From NCBI GenBank assembly GCA_043824525.1, contig JBDRST010000028.1:1-41858 (forward strand): a stretch of DNA of 41,858 nt, given 5' to 3'. Both the position numbers and the translations under genes were made by a program. Positions 40,320 to 41,858 of this stretch are shown here, piece after piece. The stretch is from a bacterium. Its GTDB lineage: Bacteria; Patescibacteriota; Minisyncoccia; Minisyncoccales; Staskawiczbacteraceae. The notes beneath the pieces were generated by a model that did no database searches, had not been told where the DNA came from, and saw nothing but the letters and a program-made list of their open reading frames with translations. Position 1 is the stretch's first letter, and each line of letters begins with the position of its first letter.

Positions 40320-41276
40320 ATGGTTATAGATACTCACAGCCATTTAAGCTTTAAAGCATACGATAAAGACAGAGACGAAGTTATAAAGCGAACCCAAAAA
40401 CAGGGCATTATTTGTATTGATGTTGGCACCAAATACGAGACCAGTGAAAGAGTGGTTGAGTTGGCTAAAAAATATGAAGGAATATATGCTGCCATAGGAA
40501 TGCATCCATTCCACATAAAAACAGATTTAATAAAATTAAAATTAGACCCAGAGGAGGGCGCATTTGCTCCGCTTGGAGAAGAGTTTGACAAGGAAAAATA
40601 CAAAAAACTGGCTGAATCAAAAAAAGTGGTTGCAATTGGTGAAATTGGTTTGGACTACTATTACAAGCCAAAAATCCCGATGGCAGAGCCATCGAGGACC
40701 CTCGATAAAATCGGGGCCAAAATAAAATTAGAACAATTTAAGGAAAAACAAAAGCAGGTTTTTTTACAGCAGTTGGATTTAGCAAGAGAATTAAATTTAC
40801 CCGTTATTTTACACTGTCGAATGGCGCAACAAAATCTCATTGAGATTTTGAAATCAAAAATCAAAAATCAAAAATCAAAAATTAACGGCGTGGTGCACTG
40901 CTTCACGGGAACGCTGGAAGATGAAAAAAATTATTTAGATTTGGGTTTATATTTGGGTTTTAATGGAATAATTTTTAAAATTGACCCCCACGCCAAACCA
41001 GGACAAGATTCTCGGGTTGGGGGTGGATTAAAAACTGCTGGTTCTGGTGTGGGGGTGAATTTAGATGAGGTAATAAAAAAATGTCCCATAGAGAGCATGT
41101 TGGTTGAAACCGACTGTCCATATCTTACACCCCCTCAAGAGGATAAAAACACAAGGAACGAGCCGATTTTTGTAAAACATGTTATCCAAAGAATCGCGGA
41201 ATTGAAAGAGGTTAGTTTTGAACAAGTCGCCAACCAAACCACCCAAAACGCCAAAGTCCTTTTTAAATTGCCTTAA
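40320..41276 (+). CDS. tatD: TatD-family metal-dependent hydrolase
   Basis: MVIDTHSHL, AIGEIGLDYY, LPVILHCR, VVHCFTG and ETDCPYL motifs. The start is moved to 40320, downstream of the csrA terminator. Carries three in-frame repeat insertions. Confidence 0.8.
   Translation: MVIDTHSHLSFKAYDKDRDEVIKRTQKQGIICIDVGTKYETSERVVELAKKYEGIYAAIGMHPFHIKTDLIKLKLDPEEGAFAPLGEEFDKEKYKKLAESKKVVAIGEIGLDYYYKPKIPMAEPSRTLDKIGAKIKLEQFKEKQKQVFLQQLDLARELNLPVILHCRMAQQNLIEILKSKIKNQKSKINGVVHCFTGTLEDEKNYLDLGLYLGFNGIIFKIDPHAKPGQDSRVGGGLKTAGSGVGVNLDEVIKKCPIESMLVETDCPYLTPPQEDKNTRNEPIFVKHVIQRIAELKEVSFEQVANQTTQNAKVLFKLP
40675..40716. repeat. Family-A short-form element in frame in tatD
   Basis: TCCCGATGGCAGAGCCATCGAGGACCCTCGATAAAATCGGGG encodes IPMAEPSRTLDKIG. 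Confidence 0.7.
40852..40879 (+). repeat. Heptanucleotide tandem repeat (AATCAAA)x4 inside tatD
   Basis: Period-7 TC dinucleotides at 40854, 40861, 40868 and 40875. The repeat encodes KSKIKNQKSKI. Confidence 0.75.
40984..41056. repeat. Imperfect inverted-repeat element in frame in tatD
   Basis: ACCCCCACGCCAAACCAG faces CTGGTTCTGGTGTGGGGGT. It encodes PHAKPGQDSRVGGGLKTAGSGVG. Confidence 0.5.
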
Positions 41277-41352
41277 GGGCAAAGGCGTCTAGTATCGTGG
41301 TTTATAGCAAGACTTTTGCGTTAAGATTCGTTTATTCTTATCTATGCTTATC

Positions 41353-41392
41353 TATTCTTTCATTCACTCTTGTATTCTTTCATTCACTCTTG
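41353..41392 (+). repeat. 20-nt direct tandem repeat x2 (TATTCTTTCATTCACTCTTG)
   Basis: Two exact adjacent copies. Confidence 0.8.
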
Positions 41393-41408
41393 TTTACTCC
41401 TTCAGATG

Positions 41409-41454
41409 TCTAAATACGTTAAATTCTGCTATAGCAGAATTTAACGTATTTAGA
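41409..41454. promoter_or_regulatory. 46-nt perfect palindrome (23+23) upstream of the PaaX-like gene; operator or bidirectional terminator candidate
   Basis: TCTAAATACGTTAAATTCTGCTA|TAGCAGAATTTAACGTATTTAGA. Confidence 0.5.
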
Positions 41455-41511
41455 GAGTTGTGATAATATGAAGTAATAATAGAACAGTAATAAAAATAAT
41501 AGATAAAAAAG

Positions 41512-41858
41512 ATGAGTAAATATAATAAGCGCTATAATTTTAGCGGCCCTGCCTCCGAGATAACCAGATTAATTTTAGGATATTTAATTTTAGGAGGCTT
41601 GATAACTATTGCCGCCACATCTCCATTTTTTATTCAGAATCTATTACGCAGTTTTAGAAAACTAAAGAAATACGAAAATAAAAAAGTTTATGACACTTTT
41701 TATCGGCTTAAAAAGCAGGGATTTATTAATTTTTATGAAAAGAATAATCAAATCTATTTTTCGCTTACCGCAAAGGGCAGAAAAAAAGCCGGGTGGATGC
41801 AAGTAGATGATTTAAAGATAAAAAAACCAGAAAAATGGGATGGTAAATGGAGAATATT
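41512..41858 (+). CDS. PaaX-like / Cas2-fold-containing regulator family protein, N-terminal part (3' end outside window)
   Basis: Two TM-like segments are followed by a wHTH-like region (YRLKKQGFI...SLTAKGRKKA). The KWDGKWRI motif begins the PaaX-C/Cas2-like domain common in CPR genomes. Confidence 0.5.
   Translation, partial: MSKYNKRYNFSGPASEITRLILGYLILGGLITIAATSPFFIQNLLRSFRKLKKYENKKVYDTFYRLKKQGFINFYEKNNQIYFSLTAKGRKKAGWMQVDDLKIKKPEKWDGKWRI

Noticed and set aside
3095-41056. The in-frame inserts could be inteins, introns or translational bypass segments.
   Set aside because: They are far too short (14-27 codons) and lack intein or intron motifs. They contain no stop codons in the host frame, so simple read-through translation is the most economical reading. 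RNA-level removal is not formally excluded without transcript data.

Overview
AT-rich (about one-third G+C by eye), tightly packed bacterial chromosome segment. The small housekeeping genes, archaeal-type PyrH, pyruvoyl ArgDC, DHS, PolX, EndoQ and swarms of tiny repeats suggest a Candidate Phyla Radiation / Patescibacteria (Parcubacteria-like) genome; that assignment is inference. Core genes recognised: ruvA (3' end), murE-like ligase, NIF3, greA, polX, smpB-ssrA, infC-rpmI-rplT, pyrH, argS, ileS, recO, glyQS, metG, tatD, a pdaD-DHS-speB polyamine operon, an M16 peptidase, an AI-2E permease and a UbiA prenyltransferase. I found no rRNA, tRNA or CRISPR array. Main non-core content: (1) A diversity-generating retroelement at about 26.1-28.0 kb. 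A 133-nt VR at the 3' end of a GC-rich target gene matches a TR 529 nt downstream, and all 17 mismatches are TR adenines. The cassette has an inverted Avd-like four-helix-bundle gene and only a C-terminal RT remnant. (2) At least five families of short palindromic elements lie in intergenic DNA and also IN FRAME inside housekeeping genes (NIF3, polX, pyrH, argS, ileS, glyQS, smpB, tatD, murE-like), in the manner of Rickettsia RPEs. (3) An IS200/RAYT-type Y1 transposase carries its own REP-like 46-nt perfect palindrome in frame, with a second copy just 3' of the gene. (4) A tmRNA gene not in the ORF track starts 3 nt after smpB and is followed 7 nt later by a frameshifted LAGLIDADG endonuclease gene. 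(5) A ~160-nt hairpin element occurs twice and shows compensatory changes. (6) Several visibly GC-richer cassettes (7.4-7.7, 16.0-16.45, 26.1-27.45 and 39.6-40.3 kb, the last including csrA) each have a near-consensus sigma70-type promoter and an intrinsic terminator. Everything was read by eye from the sequence and the ORF track. Small-element coordinates are +/- a few nt, and no database search or folding program was run.
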